From Lytechinus pictus (Eukaryota): a stretch of 64,000 bases of DNA. The DNA lies in contig NC_087245.1 of the NCBI RefSeq assembly GCF_037042905.1, positions 43,960,001 to 44,024,000 on the forward strand, written 5' to 3'. The position numbers were made by a program, and so were the translations under genes. Position 1 is the stretch's first letter, and each line of letters starts with the position of its first letter. The notes under the pieces are model-generated. The model was not told the origin of the DNA and made no database searches. It saw only the letters and a program-made list of their open reading frames with translations. Shown piece by piece: positions 13,871 through 27,200 of the stretch.

Positions 13871-15064
13871 TCTGTCACCACTAGGAGGAAAGGGAATTCC
13901 TTTTCATATTTCTCACATCAAAATTCCTTTTGCTTGTGGGATCAAAACAAAATTAAATTTCTGTGCAATCGTACTATAAAAGCAAAACTACGAATTCTGA
14001 ATAGCACAAAAGGTACAAAATAACGTTTTAAAGGATTGTTGTGATATAATCGTCGATTATCGAAATATTGGCGTTGTGTTGTCATGATACACGCAAAGGA
14101 TTATGGGATACTAGCTTGTGCAAGTGCGCGCACTCGGACGTCTGTCCGCTCTTAACCCATACATGTGCATTATGCATATCTATGGACGAGTCTCAACAAG
14201 AAAAATACACTCACTTTTGGAAAAAGTGTTTTTTCTAAGAAATTTCAAATCGGAAGCTTGTGATTTTTTTGCACAATAGTGTTATTTGGTCATCTGCGGG
14301 AGAACTCTGGCACTTTTCTAGCTTGAATCAGTTCGAAATAATGGGTAAATGCTAAACTGAAAATAATTTCTATTTGTGGGCCATATATGGGCCTGCCGCA
14401 CCGGAAGGGTTAAAATCAATAGGTTTCCTGGGATACATGCTACTTACATACACACCAAATTATGAGCCTAGGTTAAGTTAAACTATTATCGCATTTACAA
14501 GGACTTCAGAAGGGTAAGATGAAAACATGTCACTGTGACCTTGACCTTTGGACCTCAAAATCAATAGGCTTCCTGGGATCCATGCTAGTATTATACACAC
14601 CAAATTATATGAGCTTAGGTTAAGTTAAACTGAAGTTTTCTTCTCCTTATTCTTTTCTTTCTCATTCTTCTTCTCCTTCCTCCTACTACTTCTAGTTCTT
14701 CTTCATCTTTTCCTCCTCCCTTCCTTCCTCCCTCCCTCTTTCCTCCTCCTCCTTCTCCACCATCCTCCTCCCTTTCCTTATTGTTCTTATTCTTCTCCTC
14801 CTACTTTTTCTTCTTCCTTTGTCAAATCTCATTTAATTACCGTATATAAGTATACAAGTATATAAAATACTTGGACTCATTCTGATTGATATTGGTAAAG
14901 TTTAGGTAAAACTGAAGGATAAATATATGAATTATGCATGCTTTGCATGTTCTAGCACCCACTTCATAATAAATTACAACCGAACACGTTATAATATATT
15001 TACTAGACCGAAAGCTGCGTGCGCGTTCAACACAAAACAAATGAGATTAGGCTCCACCTACCGC

Positions 15065-18000
15065 TATCATTTGAAGACAAAAATAAGCCCTCATTGATAT
15101 TCATGAGCATGAAGATATTCATAATCCGGCTTTTTCATTGGATAAGAGCGTCATTACTGCGCGATTTCCCCGATTCTTGATCATCGATACTAGTAGTATC
15201 GTGTTACAAAAATAATTATTCATTTGACCTTATAACGTCATCTAATTTATTCATTCTGAAACTTTTTTTTCCACACACAAAATGGATCTACGAACACTCC
15301 GGTGAGTACGTCTAAATTGATATAACCACATGAATTTAGTTACACATTTTACACTATTTATTGTGATCTTACGTTATTTCTTTAACTGATTAGAGAGTTT
15401 GCTATCATTCTTCTGTTAAAGAAAAGCATAATTTGGTTTTTGAAATTCAAGTTATATTGTCATCGTCGCCCAGTGCAGCCTACATGTATATGTTGCTTGC
15501 ACTTTGCAGAGGTGGTGGCTATGCCGCTGTATTAACTACGGTAGGCTACATGTATTTTGAACGGGCACCGAGCCGGCTGGGCATCGAGACAAAATAGGAC
15601 CGAAGACAAGCCCAACCAATGTCACAACTTACCAGATCAATTAAAACATGAAGAAGCTTCTTTTTGTACACTGTAACGTTAGATCTAGAGAGAGATCTGC
15701 ATCTATCTTTAGTAGATCGAGACCCAGTCAGGAATAAACTGTGAAGCGGAGTGTGGAAGAAGATACACCCGTCATTTTTGTGTCAATCCATCCTCACTTT
15801 CAGTTTCAGATATCAAATTTATTTTGCATAACTTCAGGCTTCTTCTGCATTTAGCCCCCCACCCGTTTAGACTTTTATTGTTATTTATAAATATAGTTTG
15901 ACTCGGTCTTAGGAAATAACATGCTACTCTGCATTGTCTGTCTGTAAATTATTATCAATAGGTCTAGATCTAATTTCTAACTTGGTTATCAGAAAATCTA
16001 GTCTTGCTTTTTGGTATTAGATCAAGGCCTACCTAATTCAAATCTAGTCATCTAACTTATACTTTCCCAACCCTCGACACGTACCCCAAGGGCCTAGGAT
16101 CTAAATTTAGGCCTAGATCTAGGTCTGGGCCTAAACTACTACGAGTATGACTGTCAGTGTCAGTGGACCAATGACTAGATCTAGATCTACTCGGCCAATA
16201 ATGGCAAGGAAGGTTTGGCCAGGAATAAAAGTAAAATTTCTAAATCAATATAGATCTAGGTCTGGAACCGAAGCTTAACTTTCTAGGTCTAGATCTAGAG
16301 TCTATCGTTAGTCTAGATCTAGACCCAAGTTAGATACATGAATGTTGTCGCAGAGCACTGAGTCTGGTTGGACTAGATCTATACTTTCTTACAAATAGAT
16401 CTAGACCTTGTGCATGAGATTATGAAATTATGTTGTCAAAATCAAATGAAATAAGATCCGGAATTTTTCTCTTTTTTGGGGGAGGGTGGGGGCAGACACG
16501 TGAACAAAATTTAGAGAAGCCTGACATTCAGAAAGCGAGGGCCAGAAGCGACCAATATTACCTAGGGCCTTTTTTTGCATTTTCTAAAGTAAAATTGAAG
16601 GGTTTCATGCAATTCTTTTTTTATGAAGGTTTTCACATTTCAGCTCCCACCCGACCCCCTCCCCCTGCATACAGCCATGAAAAAGATCACTTCTTATTAT
16701 TGTTCTCTCTTTTCTTTCACAAACAGTTTGAGTTTTAAAGAACAAAAAAAAAACAGTAGCGGTCTACCTATGATGAAAGATGATGATCAAGTGCATGCAT
16801 CATTTTGCAGATTCTCATCCAGGTATAAAAGTTTTAAAACTAACCCATACAAAATTACAGATACATTACATGTTTTGAATGTTAACCATGTTTACATTAA
16901 ATAAAAAGAACCTGGGCCACTAAGAGGTAGGATCTATACTCAATATACACATCTTATATATACAGGCTCTCGAGTCTAAAATAGAACCAATGCCAAAATG
17001 TACCTTCGACAAATTTATAAAATAAGGTCAGGTCCTTGATCTACTAGTATTTGTTTTTATAAAACTCATTATCATTCTTTAGTGTGATATTCACAATTCA
17101 TATTTGTAGATTTCTGATTTTTTTTTTTAATTCTTGTTATTTTACATTTTGTCCAATAGGATGATGCAGTTTTACAATTTCCATGGAGTGATTGATGACG
17201 ATAAATAATTGAAGTAGGCCTAATAGAACAGGGACTGGACCACAAAGAGAATACAACCTACAGCAGTTATATGAGTGAGTTGATTAGTGATTATCCTTAA
17301 TAATGGGTTTTTTTCACAAATTTTTTAGCCAACAAATAGACCTGCCTTTGAAAACCCATTTCAATATTGTTTTTAGATTATTTAGTGTCGTTTTTTTTCG
17401 CAGATCAAAATATTCTTTGCAACAAACATATCAATTTACATTCTGACTCTAATATATATATCATACATGTTAATTCATATATTCATATTTACAAGATATC
17501 TCTGACATTTTTCTTTATAGAGTACATGTAGTAATATTGGAGAGTGGTATGTAAACTGCATAGAACAGATTTAATTGATATGCTTTATAGAAGTAGAAGT
17601 TTATAATTAGTAGAAGTAAGATTTCCTATGTTATGTGTTGAAGAAAAATATATATGCATGGTCTCTTTTTTCTTAAAAACATTTATGTAAATCATGACAA
17701 TTTTAATTCAACTTCATTGATTTTCTGTCTGTATTTTTTCAATCTGCAGGACTGGTGTAACAGATGTTTTCATTCAAGAAATCCAACAATTCAAAATTGA
17801 AGAGTCTGACTTAGGAAGCACTTGATGAAGATAGAAAAGGTTTTTTTTTAAGTCCAATTTTAAAAAAAAAACAAAATTATTATCACAACCGGACAACTCC
17901 AAATTCATGACATGAAATTTCTTGTTGATTTTCATTAAAACTGGTCAACAAAGGAGAAGCTATAAACATGCAAATGGGGCGACGGAGTGAAGTTGAAAGT

Positions 18001-20183
18001 GGGGGGGGGGGCACAGGGAAAAAAGGGCACCTTTTCTTTTGAAAAGGGCACTATGTTAAAACAAAATAATCCAAAAATTTTGCGGAGGATAGATATGCTG
18101 TATTACGTGAAATTTATAAGAAGTTTCGAGCGAGCAAAATTTTGACATTTTTTAAAAAGAAAATCCAATTTTGTGATAGATTTCGACAAAATATTCAGAA
18201 TGATATATTTCACCCTTTTCCTGCCTTTTCTCAGTTTTTTCTTGGTCGTGAATTTTTTTTTTTCGGGGGGGGGGGGGGGGGCAAGAGTCTCTCGATGCCC
18301 CTCCATCTGTACGAAAATGCTTATCTACCCCCACTCACATGAATTATGAAACTTAATGCACAAAGAATTTCCTTCATAAGTATATTATGTAAATGAGAAT
18401 ATTGTTTTCTTCTTTCAAAGGGGCACTTGTCATGGTGACCATAAAACGGGTCCTTCTCAGGTGAAAGGGGCACAGAACAAGTTCCTGAGGGGCACTTTAC
18501 TTGGGTAAAAGGGGGCACTGATTCGAGAAAGGGCACTTACAAGAAGGCGAAAGGGCATTTTCTAACACAAAAAAACGAGCCCTCAGATGAAAGGGGCACA
18601 GAACACGTTCGGGGGGGGGGGGCATTTTTGGGTAAAAATTGGCATAAGAGGAAGAGCACTTGGTAACACCTAGAACAGGTTCTCCTCAGGTGAAAGGGAC
18701 AAAGTACAAATTCGTGAGGGGGGCATTTTTCTTGCACAAAAAGGCACTTTTTCACTTCTTCAAAAAGTAGGGGGAACTGTGCCCCCCCCCCCCCCCGGAA
18801 TTGTTGCCCCTGCATACAAAAAATATTTTCTTCCGGTTTAAAGTATTAACATACGCTTAAGAAAAAAGTAAAGCAAAATCCTCTGATAATGTGATATTTT
18901 TTCTGTCTAATTAATGCCTTCACGTCTTTCTTTCATTTGTATTCACTATAGCATTTGTACAGAGCTAAAGGGATTTGGAATTGGCAAAATTCAAAATGAG
19001 ATGGAGATCGAGAGAGGGAAAGAATGATGAGGGGGCTGAAAACAGATGAGAAAGAAATGGAGGGGCACATACGAAGAGATAATTTAGGGGGGGAAGAGAG
19101 CTAGAATGGTGAGAAGTAGGAACAAACGGGTGGAAGAGAAATAAGACAAGATTTTATATGGAAACCAGGAGACAGATAAAGTAGAAGAAAATACATGTAG
19201 GAGAAAGGCGGCAAAAAAGAACCTGAGTGCATGGGAAAATGATTAAATGGAAAAACAGAGTAAGAAATGCTGGAGAATAAAGGGGACAGGAAACGTATTA
19301 AACATGATAAACTGGGGCCTGTTTCATCATGAGTTTATACAAGTATGGTTACTACGATGGTAACGGCTATATAACGGTTAACCAACCAATCATAATCAAG
19401 GTTACCACGGTTATCACAATAATAGCGATGTTTAAATAGCTCTGCGATTCATCATGAAGATTGACCAAAAGACTTTTTTTTTTTTTGCTTCTCAATTTTT
19501 TTTTGTAACAAGAAATGTACTCTTTTAGTGGTGACAGTTATTTTTTTCAGTATTAAACCATACTCAACCAGTGAAAATTACCATCAAATTGTAATATGCA
19601 TGTTCTGCCCCCACCCCCCGCCCCCCAAAAAAGAAAACAAAACTTTTGGGTCAGTGCAACCGCCACCTTCAAGTTCTTTCCGTGGTCTCTGCCGGCTATT
19701 TAGAGTCGAGATTCTTTATATTTGTTAGAAACTAAGATTGCTGTATATCTTAACATTGAAAATTTTGGGATGGAGACCTACATATGTATTTACCTAATCA
19801 CGACTTGATCTACTCTTTTCATCTTACATTTTAAGCATGCGCCTATTCTCAATAAAAAAACAACCAATAATACATGCCCAAAAGACGCAATACAAACGAT
19901 GCTTTGTTTTTAAGTGATATCGCTTGTGATATCGATACTTTATAGCACGCAACGTATCGTCTCAAATTTGCGCTTGCTGATTCGCTGAATTGTTCGCGTC
20001 ACGAGCGCGCAACAAAATGAATACATTAATGAATTTGCCAAGTTGACCTATTTCACTGCGCTGATGTGCGTATCGTCTAATACACGTACTAAACCACAGT
20101 TGACAAGGGAGCATCGTACAAAATACATAATTCATGAGCCTTCATTAATATTAATGAGGGCTTATTTTAGCTTCTAATGGATA
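15065..20183. mobile_element. Candidate ~5.1-kb element bounded by ~42-bp imperfect inverted repeats
   Basis: Left TATCATTTGAAGACAAAAATAAGCCCTCATTGATATTCATGA versus reverse complement of right TATCCATTAGAAGCTAAAATAAGCCCTCATTAATATTAATGA; no TSD found. Confidence 0.45.
17975..18812. mobile_element. hAT-like non-autonomous element with AAAGGGCAC repeats
   Basis: GGGGC...GCCCCTG termini; 8-bp flanks CATGCAAA/CATACAAA. Confidence 0.6.
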
Positions 20184-20792
20184 AACAAAATGTTGGTAGC
20201 ATCTGGGGCCTGGTTACAACTATTGTAACGTTGTAACTATTGCAACTACATGTACCATGGTAACATGGTTTATCAGCCAATCAAATTTCAAGATTTTCAT
20301 GAAACATACAATTAATTCTAGTATGAACATAGATATGATTTTTTTTTTTCAATGCTACCAAATTTCTTGAAATTAATGCTCTGGATTATCCAAATTGTAA
20401 ATAATATGTTAGTCTTTAGATGATCTGAAGGAGCCATGGTCTCAAAACTTCCCCATCATTCATTTTATATATATGGATGCCTGATGAGGCAGATTCAACT
20501 GTATAATGGCACCGGATCATTGTTCTGATCATAACATCAGTCTGCAGCACAGATTCAAATTTGATACTCCAACAAATTATACCATGCACTGAAAGAAGAC
20601 TCCAAGACTAGACTAGACTCCAAACTCTCTGTGTAAAATAAGAAGCAGCCAAAGTAATCTAGTCACTATGTACTTCTGTATCTGCAGAATCAGAGCTGCC
20701 AAGTTGTATTTTGCATTTTCAGTATTCTTATCCCCCCAAATCAGTATTTTGACCAAAAAAAATCAGTATTTTTACCGTGTGAGATCAATATG

Positions 20793-21033
20793 CAGACCTG
20801 CCAACCTCTGGTTTTAACAAAATGATTGAAAAAAAATAAGTTACCTGAAATTACATTGATCTAATAACCATATTTGTGTACGTTTTATGAAATAGAGACA
20901 TATAGAGATTATTTTTTTCAATAAATTACGATTTAGTAAAAAAAAACATATTTTTCAAAGAAAAATCGTACTGCCGTATTTTGGTTGCAAAATCGTACTA
21001 AATACGGCTAAAACGTACTGGTTGGCAGGTCTG
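20793..21033. mobile_element. Small TIR element (CAG-terminal, hAT-like) just downstream of the FBXW2 stop
   Basis: Perfect 14-bp TIR CAGACCTGCCAACC/GGTTGGCAGGTCTG; TSD not evident. Confidence 0.55.
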
Positions 21034-21118
21034 CGCAATCCCCCATCCCCCCCAACTCTCTGTCAAGGCCGAACGTTCAGGACCCACTGTTCCGATGAAA
21101 GAATTTTACCTGTTACTG

Positions 21119-21234
21119 TCATCTTGTGACCGTTCTCCACCTAACAAGATGTATGCTATGATCTGGCATGCTGGTAGCAAAGACCAAACCTTCTTCTTGT
21201 TGAGGCATCAACCCGCATAACCAGTTATCACAAC
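21119..21234 (-). CDS. FBXW2: FBXW2 last coding exon (not in the ORF track)
   Basis: Acceptor TGTTGTAG|; [38 protein letters not shown] then TGA. Confidence 0.93.
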
Positions 21235-24200
21235 CTACAACACAAAATGATATCAATAATAAACATAAGAGTTATTAAAAAAGTTTTAAAATGGCAAAAA
21301 GAAGCTGCTGAAAACTGCTTATCTAATAAAAGAGAGCCAATGGAGTAAATTAGAAAGTCAAAAAGTTATACAGTGCGTCCCACAAAAAATGAAACCGAGA
21401 TTTATAGATGATTTATCATGCCTTAATCGCAAATACAATAGACACATGACCTATCATTGTAAAGCTTAGGGTTTCTTCTTTCATTTGAAATAACTTAGAT
21501 TATTCCTCATTCATGCATGAGTGAGCAAAAACAAATTGAAGAAAGGAAACCAACAAGTCACTTGGCAGGAGGTATCTGAGTTTCAAAAAGAAAATAACAT
21601 TTTTAAAAAGTTCAATATCTGCTCTTTAATGTGATACCTCAATTACAGAAAACGGTCAAATAAATAACAAATTTCTGTTTATTTGAAATAAGGCTTGAAT
21701 TCCAATAATTTCATAAAGTGAAGAGGTTTTACATGATAGCTTTTAGACTTTACTCGACACTCCGTTTTGTTGATGATCAGCCATGCAGAAAGTCTTTTGT
21801 TAACTATGCAATAGCTTCAGTGGAAATTGGTGAAAACACGTATATTTCATGAAATTTTGGAAATACAAGCATTGTTTCGAAGAAGCATAACTTTGTTATT
21901 TCTTGACCATTTTCTGCGATTTAGCTATCAAATTAAAGAGCAGATATTTAACTTTTCAGGCATGTGATTCTCTTTATGAAATTTTGATACCCCTGCCAAA
22001 CAAATTTTTGATATCCTTTCTTCAAATTGTTTTTACTCACTCATGCATGAATAAAAAATCGTGTATGTTATACCAAATGAAAGAAGACATTCTATGCTTT
22101 ACAATGAAACCCAGATACAGCCCGCTAAGTCACTTTTTGGTATCCCCTCTTTAAATTGTTTTTGCTCACTCATGCATAAATGAGAAATAATCTAAGTAAT
22201 TTCAGATGAAAGAGGAGATTCTAAGCTTTACAATGGTAGGTCATTTGTCTAATATTGTATTTGTGATTAAGTTATGATAAATCATCACTAAACCTTGGTT
22301 TCGTTTTTTGTGGGACGCACTGTATATACACAATAGAATTATATGCAATTGAGATACTGTAGTCCATGATGTCAAATAGTCACTATTTCTAAAGTATAGA
22401 TGCTTGAATTATTCAATATTTCAATTTTTGCAGATTGGACAATAAGGAAATTCTTCATCGATTCCTAATAGGTTAATCTATGGCATTTCTCATGCTCAGG
22501 GAGGAATCAAACTTTGTCTTATTTCAAAATATAGAAAAAAAAATCAAAAGTGGGTGATGTCATCCATTCCCTCATCTGTATACCAACCAGTGCATATTAC
22601 TATTTTTAGAAAATAAAGCAAAAATTAACCCTGAATAGACTGGGCTATTTCGATGCCCCCCTTATGATCTTGGCCGTCAATCGCATGATCGCGACAAAAA
22701 TTGGCACGCATGTTACCCATGGCATAATCTACAAAACTAAAAGATTAAATTCTGCGAAAAATCTCATTGCTAATTCATGCATTAAATCAAATGTTTGCTC
22801 TAAATGATGCCCCCAAAATGCTATTTAGTTCACAGCCTCTTTATAAGAATCTGATCAAATTGCAATTTAACATATTTCAACATCACATTTATTTTCTTAT
22901 GCATTATATTGTTTCCTAAGTACTTATGTATTTCTCTGATTTTTTTACCTTTTTGTTTTTTATTTCATTTTATTTTTCAATTGAAATTGTTGGGGATTTT
23001 ATTTTAATCATTAACAAGATGAAATTAATTCATTTTAATTAGTAAAAAGAAAAATATTGATACATCTAATCCATGAATTTTGGCTAAAAATACTATTTGC
23101 ATTGGATTTGTACACGAATTAACGTTTTAGAGCAATTTTGGGTCTGCATGCACTTACGAAATGTTGCATAATTTTGGAACTGACGAACTGTGTACCCGGG
23201 GTCACAATTTTGGTCTCAAAAGTTGCAGGAGACTTGAAAGTAAAATGTCAGAGAGCGAAACGGTAAAAGAAACAATTGCGCGGCAAGTTAATCGCAAAAA
23301 ATGTTAGGGGGGGTGGGAGGGGCTGAATCAGCCCCCCTCTCCCCACCCAGTCTTATTAGGGTTAATCCTAAATAGGACTTTGGTCGTGTACAACCAGCAT
23401 TTCCAGAGGCTTGTTTACATCATTTGGTCAATTTTTATCAAAAATTTGACTGGTTTTTAGTCAACATATTAAATAACCAATTACTAGAGAATAAAAAATC
23501 TCAAATAACTTGTCAAAATTTCCTAAATTTTGTCTAATTTCCATTGCTACCAATTTCTAAAAAACTAAAGTGTTTTTGAACATTAATAAAATGAGTCAAA
23601 TGATGACATACCTCCACTTCATACATGTAATGCACAGTCATCAGTTAAATGCTTAATGTTGATAAAAAACATTCAATATTGTGCAGCACTTTATCAGAAA
23701 TAATATAGTAAGAAAATTATCATTACCAGCTACAAAGTTTGATCCTCTTTTGGAGCGTCTGTAGATGGGTAGTTTCCATGACGACATAATAGACTGTGTC
23801 TGGGTGTATATAATGTGAAGATTCTGTGGATCTAAGCTGAGCGTGAAGACACGCCCCATGCTAACCAAGAAGGAAGTGCCAAGCTGATAGGTAGGGGCTA
23901 ATTCTGGTGGACTTATCAACCTAATGAAAATATAAAGAGTATTTAATTTCATTTATTTATTTAGTTTTTTATTCATACAGGGTGGCCCTATCATTAGTCT
24001 TGTTCTGTTTTCTAAGGGGTCCTGTAAACAAATATATATTTACAATATAACATGTAAACAAATAAATACATCAAAATAACAAACAAAATAACAAAAATTA
24101 ACGAAATTTCAACCAGCATTACAATAAGAGGAAATTCAAATCAAGTCAAATCAAATAAAGAAAACATGCACTAGGTTACAAAGTGCCTTCACTGTGTCTA

Positions 24201-27200
24201 TAGATGTATATATGTTACAAGTGGATCAATAAGCGATGTAGATTATCTGAGAGCCATTTTCCCCAAAAATATTCTTTATAGGACAATGACGAGAAATTGT
24301 CTGTAAGATGTAAACCATCACATGATGTAAAGGAGGCCTTGTAATAAAAAATAAGATAATCGATGAGAGGGTGTTTATATGTATATATATAAAATGAATT
24401 CAAAATATATTTATTCAAATATTTGAATGGAGGAAACTAGAGATAGTGAAAGGCTATTTTATCATGAACCTAAGAATGAGTATTTTCTGTAAAGAAATGG
24501 AATCATCAAAGCGATAACAAATTGAGCCGACACTTCCAAAATTTATCCCCAATATAAACATGTATCCTGAAATTTTGTAGAAAGGAGTTTGATAGCTCAC
24601 AAAGATTATTTTCATTTTTTTCAACAACTTTATCTGCAAAAGTACAGGCAGTGACTGGGACGTCTCCTCAATATAATGATCCCTCGGCATCTATAGATAC
24701 AGGTGAGGAATCACTGTTGTAGGTGTTATATGAAATGCACACCAGCACCTGCCCCCATCTCGGGTCAGAAGTACTGCATTCGTGTTAGGAAGAAACCACA
24801 TTACCAAAACCTCCAAGAAGGAGTGATTTTTTTCTCAACAAAGTTTGGCCAGAAAATTGTTTAAAAAAAAGTGGTACTTCACACAGAAAATGTCCTTTAA
24901 AAGGGAGTGTTTTTCAGCTGCTGTTGCTTTAAGGGCGAGATGTTACGATATCAAATGAAAAATTCAGTCTTGAGATTGGGGGTACATCGGGCAGTGTTCC
25001 AGAACTAGGGGGTCTGCAAAGTAGGCAAGTTTGCAAAAAGCCAGTGAAGTGGGAGATTCATAAGTTTTTTAACTCTTTGCCCGCTTTGTTCGACTAGTCA
25101 CATACACGGGGCTGCCAAGTTCGACTCAATTAACACTTCATTCACAATACACACAGAGTGTACTAAGTCTTTTGTCCATACACACATACACAATATTGAT
25201 GTGTGCATCAAATTGTACTGTTTACACACAAAGCTTTTCTTTACAATAAACCAATCAAATGCTATTATTTATAGCTCAATTGCATAGCCCATGCAAAACC
25301 CATCTTAAGGTTGCACCTTGAATTTAATATGGCACTAGATTGATTCTGTCCCTATCTTGTGATAGGGGGTGCTTGAAGGAGGAAAAAATCCTCTGTGTAC
25401 CCTAAATAATAACTAGAGATGCTCGGCGGGTCACGAGGCCGAGCACATGTATCCCCCGAACCCACCGCATCATCCATCATTGCGATAGAGCTCACACAGA
25501 AATCTGACAAATAAATACAATTAGGCAACAATGACCCTGCCCACATTTTGCCTGTGGGTACCAAATTGGATGACAATAATATGACACACCAGCATGACTC
25601 TGCAGAACCTAAAGTATTGTCCAGTAGCACCTGTTGGGGAATAAAATTATAGAGTAATCTGGATATATTTTGTAAACTTAACCTTAAGACCCCCCACCAA
25701 AAATGATAGGCATCTTCGCTTCACCTACTAAAATTGCTTCTGTGTGCCAACTTTAATATGACTAACTGGAAAAAAAGCAGAAGTTACAGGTTTTACCAAA
25801 TTTTCCACAAAAATATTGTTACCATGGCAATCATGTCTCCATCCACTCCGAAATCATTAGGCTGCTTTGCTTTACTAAAATGGACCTTCATGACAAATTT
25901 GAAGATAATCGGAGAAGAAACGCAGCCAGTAGAGCACTCACATGGAAATCTCTGCTTTTCCACAATAACTTGTTACCATGGCAACGATGTCTCCGCCCAC
26001 ACCAAAATAAATAGGCAGCTTTGTTTTACCATGATGGACCTTCATGCCAATTTGAAGATGATAGGAGAAGAACTGCAACTCTTGTTACCATGGCAACAAT
26101 GTCTCTGCCCACACCAAAATCAATAGGCAGCTTTGCTTTTCATAATGGACCTTCATGCCACATTTGAAGATGATAGAAGAAATAGAGCTGGTAGAATGCT
26201 TACAAGGACATCTCTGCTATTTTCACAAAAACTTGTTACCATGGCAATGATGTCTCTGCCCGCACCAAAATCGATAGGCGGCTTTGCTTTACCATAATGG
26301 ACCTTCATGCGACATTTGAAGATGATCGGAGAGGAACTGCAACTGGTAGAGCACTCACACTGACATCTCTGCAAGTCCATATAAACTCTTGTTACCATGG
26401 CAACGACGTCTCCGCCCATAGGCGGCTTTGCTTTACCATAATGGACCTTCATGCCACATTTGAAGATGATTGGAGAAGAAACACAGCCAGTAGAGCACTC
26501 ACATGGAAATCTCTGCTTTTCCACAAAAACTTACAAGGACATCTCTGCTATTTTCACAAAAATTCTTGTTACCATGGCAACGATGTCTCTGCCCACACCA
26601 AAATCGATAGGCGGCTTTGCTTTACCATAATGGACCTTCATGCCACATTTGAAAATAGAAGAAATAGAGCTGGTAGAATGCTTACAATGACATCTCTGCC
26701 ATTTCCACACGAACTCTTGTTACCATGGTAACAATGTCTCCGCCCACACCAAAATCACTAGGCGGCTTTGCTTTTCATAATGGACCTTCATGCAACATTT
26801 GAAGATGATTGGAGAAGAAACGCAGCCAGTAGAGCACTCACATGGAAATCTCTGCTTTTCCACAAAAACTTACAAGGACATCTCTGCTATTTCCACAAAA
26901 ATTCTTGTTACCATGGCAACGATGTCTCTGCCCACACCAAAATCAATAGGCGGCTTTGCTTTACCGTAATGGACCTTCATGCCACATTCGAAGATGATCG
27001 GAGAAGAAATGCAGCTGATAGAGCGCTCACAAGGAAATCTCTGCGGCGGCGGCGCGACGAGGCCAAATCCATAGTATCCTCCGAACTCTGTTCGGGGGAT
27101 ACAATTAGTGCATGTGTGTGGGAGGGGATGGGACATCAGCATGTCAACTGCATAAAACATTCATTGCCTCTGCATGATGGCTCCATTTCACATCCTATCT

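Larger units (their letters stand above)
9190..14409. mobile_element. piggyBac-like non-autonomous insertion, 5.2 kb
   Basis: CCCTT...AAGGG termini with ATAA/TTAA flanks; removing it restores the host unit TTTGACC-TTAA-AATCAATAGG. Confidence 0.6.

Noticed and set aside
13177..13979. 146- and 204-aa hydrophobic ORFs (also 62061-62686)
   Set aside because: Low-complexity pyrimidine or purine tracts lack stop codons by composition.
23653..23726. Read-through of exon 7 as the FBXW2 C-terminus
   Set aside because: Similarity stops at the GT donor, and the conserved C-terminus lies in 21234-21119.
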